Source of the DNA: Candidatus Asbonarchaeum danakilense
GTDB taxonomy: Archaea > Nanohalarchaeota > Nanosalinia > Nanosalinales > Nanoanaerosalinaceae
Reading direction: 5' to 3'
NCBI GenBank assembly: GCA_034190465.1
Contig: JAXINV010000003.1
Coordinates: 18,666-45,946 of the forward strand
Length of the DNA: 27,281 nt
Part shown: piece after piece, positions 24,209 to 27,281 of the stretch
How the letters are laid out: each line of letters opens with the position of its first letter
How positions within the stretch are numbered: the first letter of the stretch is position 1
Notes under the pieces: generated by a model
The model's input: the letters and a program-made list of their open reading frames with translations, nothing else
What the model was told of the DNA's origin: nothing
Databases searched by the model: none
Made by a program: the position numbers and the translations under genes

Positions 24209-24811
24209 TCACTGGTAATCATCCAGCACACGGTTGTCCGTCACATCTTTTTGCTCCTCAGTGACCGTGCCGACACGGTTCGCAATCCGGTCCAGCGCGT
24301 CATCCGCACCGTACCGGTCGACCTGGTCCGCGAACTCCTCCAGATCATCCAGCGCCTGTTCGCCCTCGTCATCCGTCAGCTTGTACTTCTTCCGGCGCCC
24401 CTGGGGGCGTTCCTCAGCAAAGCCAGCGTCCTCGAGTGCATCATACCGGTCACGTACTTCACTGGGACTGGCATCGTTGTCCGACGCCACATCACGCATC
24501 GACACGACCTCGCCATCAACCACGCGGTTGAACACATCGACACCGAGCTCGTCCTGTACCGTGTCGAACAGCGTCGCGACCTGCTCCGTGTCGTCGTACT
24601 GATCGACCATGTCAACCACGTACTCACCGAGGTCACGGGTCTCCCCCGCGTCACGGTCGATGAACCCGAGCTCGTTGAACGTGTCCAGGTAGTCGTCCGC
24701 ATCATCGGGGACATCGCCGTCAGAAACAAAGTCTGTCAACGCCTCGACCCCTTCCTCCGTTTGCAGCGCCTCAGCATACGTACCGAACGTGTCGTCGTAC
24801 TGGAGTGTCAT
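24209..24811 (-). CDS. Winged-helix protein (ArsR/MarR-like; possible degenerate second wHTH at N-terminus)
   Basis: SMRDVASDNDASPSEVRDRYDALEDAGFAEERPQGRRKKYKLTD.EG; N-terminal YLDTFNELGFID..TRDLGE. Confidence 0.72.
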   Translation of the reverse strand: MTLQYDDTFGTYAEALQTEEGVEALTDFVSDGDVPDDADDYLDTFNELGFIDRDAGETRDLGEYVVDMVDQYDDTEQVATLFDTVQDELGVDVFNRVVDGEVVSMRDVASDNDASPSEVRDRYDALEDAGFAEERPQGRRKKYKLTDDEGEQALDDLEEFADQVDRYGADDALDRIANRVGTVTEEQKDVTDNRVLDDYQ

Positions 24812-24865
24812 GCACCATCCTTGCCCGTCGAACCTTTTATAGGACGGCCCCGCAGTGACAACGGA

Positions 24866-25396
24866 TCACTCATCCAGCGGCTTCGGCACGATGAAATCCT
24901 TCTCCTCAAAGCTGTCGTTCGCATAGAACTTCGCCGTGACCGCGGCAAGCACCGCCTCGAACTCCTTCATGCTCATGATCTCCCCCGTCGGGACGCCCAG
25001 CTCCTCCAGATCGTCATCTCCCTCGATGTCCAGGATCTCCGCCGTGATCATCGGACGGCACTCGATCACATCGTGCAGGAACCCTTCACGCTGCAGCGAG
25101 TTCTTCAGGAACAGCGCACGCTCCATCTCATCGTTGTCACGCATCTCCGGCGGCAGGAAGCTGTGGCCTTCCTCCACCATCTCCTGCTCATCCTCCCGGA
25201 AGCCCTCGTCCACGTCCGCGCCGACAGGCGGCACCGTGAACGCCACTACCGACGGTCGTCGTTCACTGATCAGCTCCAGGATGCGTTCATCGTCCGTCTC
25301 GCTGAACGTCTCCAGCTCCTCCGACAGGAACGCAATACTGCACGGCTCATCCTTACTGCCGCTGAGCACGATACCGCAGAACGTCTCCTCCGACAT
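24866..25396 (-). CDS. DUF429-like RNase H-fold protein, catalytic residues degenerate
   Basis: GIVLSG, TDDERIL, PSVVAFTVP, GFREDE, RA..LK..L, VIECRP, FEAVLAAVTA..Y, IVP follow DUF429 motif order. TTTAAAA about 25 nt upstream of ATG 25396. Confidence 0.68.
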   Translation of the reverse strand: MSEETFCGIVLSGSKDEPCSIAFLSEELETFSETDDERILELISERRPSVVAFTVPPVGADVDEGFREDEQEMVEEGHSFLPPEMRDNDEMERALFLKNSLQREGFLHDVIECRPMITAEILDIEGDDDLEELGVPTGEIMSMKEFEAVLAAVTAKFYANDSFEEKDFIVPKPLDE

Positions 25397-25485
25397 ACCA
25401 CACCACGTGCCAGAGACTCTTTTAAACCCTCGCGTGGCGGCTGTGCCCGAGAACCCATATAAACCTGGGACCGAAACACACGTCC

Positions 25486-26010
25486 ATGGAACTGCTCGAG
25501 CCCCTGAAAGAGGAGCTACAGCAGAACTACGAGACCATCCAGTCAACCCAGCAGCTCATCCAGGAAGAACGTGATATGCTGCAGGGGGACACCCAGGAAC
25601 GTATCGCATTGCTCGGACTCTCGACCGACGTCTGGAACTCAGTCGTCAACTCCGGCCGCCTCAACGAATTCGACGAAGCATCCAAGGTCGTCGCCAAGGC
25701 CTACAGACAGATCGAGAACATCAACCAGGTCATCGACAAGTTCAACCGGTTCGGCAACCGGATTATGTACAGCCCGCTGCTCAAAAAGTCCACAGACACG
25801 TACAACCGCGAGCAGCTCATCGACATCATCGCCGATATGTGCTCAGAGGCCACCATGACCGTCATGGACGCGCAGGAATCTCTTGACCAGCTCATTCAGA
25901 CCGAATGCCCCGTCTGCGGCAAACGGTTCGCCAACCGGTCCGGCCTCAAATCCCACGTCACACAGAAAGACGACCCCGACCACCAAGCGATCGCCGACCG
26001 GGTGGCATGA
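25486..26010 (+). CDS. Helical protein with C-terminal C2H2 zinc finger
   Basis: CPVCGKRFANRSGLKSHVTQKDDPDH; ATATAAA about 27 nt upstream. Confidence 0.78.
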   Translation: MELLEPLKEELQQNYETIQSTQQLIQEERDMLQGDTQERIALLGLSTDVWNSVVNSGRLNEFDEASKVVAKAYRQIENINQVIDKFNRFGNRIMYSPLLKKSTDTYNREQLIDIIADMCSEATMTVMDAQESLDQLIQTECPVCGKRFANRSGLKSHVTQKDDPDHQAIADRVA

Positions 26011-26011
26011 C

Positions 26012-26809
26012 ATGCTGGAAACTGTCCTCTTCCGCGCCGACGAGGACGACGAAGAGCTCCTCATCGACACCGTCCTCGCCACCGCCATCGCAACCGCCGC
26101 CTCCCTCCTCCTCGTCAACACCGTGCTCCCCTTCCAGATAGGCGGCATCGACTTCGGAGGGCTCATAACCGTCGTCCTCATCACCCTGGCACTCAGCTAC
26201 CCGCTCACATCGTTCATCAAGCGTCGCGACCGCGAAGAGCTCCGCGCCCACTGGGACGAGCCACATCTCCTGCGGCGGCATGCAGAGGAGGTCCAGATCT
26301 ACCTGCTCGCCTTCCTCACAAGCACCCTCCTCTTCGCAGCCAGCGTCCTCGTCCTTCCCGACTCCTTCTACATCATCCAGCAGACAGCACTCGAAGCACT
26401 CAACGCAGCCGTCGGGAACATCACGGCAGACAGTTTCTTCCTTCACCTCATCACCAACAACATGCGAGTCTTCATCGCCACGTTCGCACTCAGCTTCTTC
26501 ATCAGCGGCGGCATGGTCTTCATCATCATCTGGAACGCCTCCGTCCTCGGCGTCCTCATCGGCCGGACCTCAGAACACGTCCTCAGCATCCCCATACAGA
26601 CCGCACCGTACCTCGTCCACGGCAGTCTCGAGGTCGCCGCCTACATCCTCGCCGGGCTTGCCGGGACCCTGCTCGCCATCGACACCGAGACCTACTTTAC
26701 GTCCCAGAAACAGGAACTCCGAAGTTTCACCCCTCAACTGCGGGACATAGTCGCCTTGCTCTCCCTTGGACTCCTGCTCCTCCTCCTCGCAGGCATGATA
26801 GAAGCATAG
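26012..26809 (+). CDS. SpoIIM-like (DUF95) membrane protein
   Basis: ITNNMRV, IIIWNASVLG, LVHGSLEVAAYILAG; multiple TM helices. ATG 1 nt after the upstream stop. Confidence 0.8.
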   Translation: MLETVLFRADEDDEELLIDTVLATAIATAASLLLVNTVLPFQIGGIDFGGLITVVLITLALSYPLTSFIKRRDREELRAHWDEPHLLRRHAEEVQIYLLAFLTSTLLFAASVLVLPDSFYIIQQTALEALNAAVGNITADSFFLHLITNNMRVFIATFALSFFISGGMVFIIIWNASVLGVLIGRTSEHVLSIPIQTAPYLVHGSLEVAAYILAGLAGTLLAIDTETYFTSQKQELRSFTPQLRDIVALLSLGLLLLLLAGMIEA

Positions 26810-26810
26810 A

Positions 26811-27281
26811 TCAACGGAGCTTCGAGACGATAAGCTCCACGATCTCATCCGGCAGCTTGTCCTCCGTCTGGATCACCAGATCCGCGTCGTCCTCCTGCTC
26901 CAGATAGTTGATACCGTACATCTCACGCCAGTTCTCCACCTCATCGTGCTGGCGCTCCTGCATCATCTCCTTCGCCTCCTCGGGCGTCATATCGTCGCGC
27001 TTCGCAGCGCGTTCAGCACGTGTCTTCACCGGCGCCTTCAGCCACACCGTCAGATCGGCCCGATCCCCGACCATGTAAATCGACAGCTTGCCATCGATCA
27101 CAACATCCCCTTGCTTCGCCACCTGCTTCTGCAGGTCATCGATACTGTTATGGGTCGACTCACTGCTGAGCTCCGCGTCCTTCCATCCCTTGTTCGCTGC
27201 CTCAGTCTCCTTGCCGTCTATCTTCTCCTTGAAATGCTTACCGGGCGAGAAATAATCGAGGTCGAGTTCCTCAGCCACCTT
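26811..27281 (-). CDS. cmk: Archaeal-type cytidylate kinase (5' end, including P-loop, outside window)
   Basis: VAEELDLDYFSPG..F, IDD.Q, VVIDGKLS, VWLKAP..RAER...RD, MYGINY, DLVIQT. Confidence 0.85.
   Translation of the reverse strand, partial: KVAEELDLDYFSPGKHFKEKIDGKETEAANKGWKDAELSSESTHNSIDDLQKQVAKQGDVVIDGKLSIYMVGDRADLTVWLKAPVKTRAERAAKRDDMTPEEAKEMMQERQHDEVENWREMYGINYLEQEDDADLVIQTEDKLPDEIVELIVSKLR

Noticed and set aside
1..27281. tRNA, rRNA, CRISPR-Cas, integrase/transposase or known anti-phage systems
   Set aside because: No cloverleaf/T-loop motifs, repeat-spacer arrays or recognisable protein motifs found by manual reading.

Overview
GC-rich, gene-dense chromosomal window from an extremely halophilic archaeon. 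The evidence is a strongly acidic proteome, TATA boxes about 23-30 nt upstream of mostly leaderless starts, and archaeal rpl18a(LX)-pfdA-ftsY and cmk genes. Compact gene forms (FtsY with no long acidic N-domain, minimal DEAD-box helicase, short XseA, reduced SufB) suggest a DPANN nanohaloarchaeon; this is inference. There are about 40 CDS, including a reduced Fe-S cluster locus, a DoxX-VKOR-thioredoxin-CcdA thiol-redox cluster, four RNA chaperone/turnover genes (TRAM, DEAD-box, Csp, RNB), XseAB, several orphan winged-helix proteins and sequon-rich surface proteins. No rRNA, tRNA, CRISPR array or transposase was recognised. The most notable oddities are: an exonuclease VII large subunit ending in a putative transmembrane tail anchor, lying in a run of hydrolase genes; two apparent pseudoenzymes (a HIT protein with His-to-Tyr at the nucleophile position and a DUF429 protein lacking key acidic residues); a half-size SufB; a TrxC-type zinc finger fused to NnrE; a candidate structured ncRNA; and shared upstream motifs. 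All family assignments come from motif recognition, not database searches.
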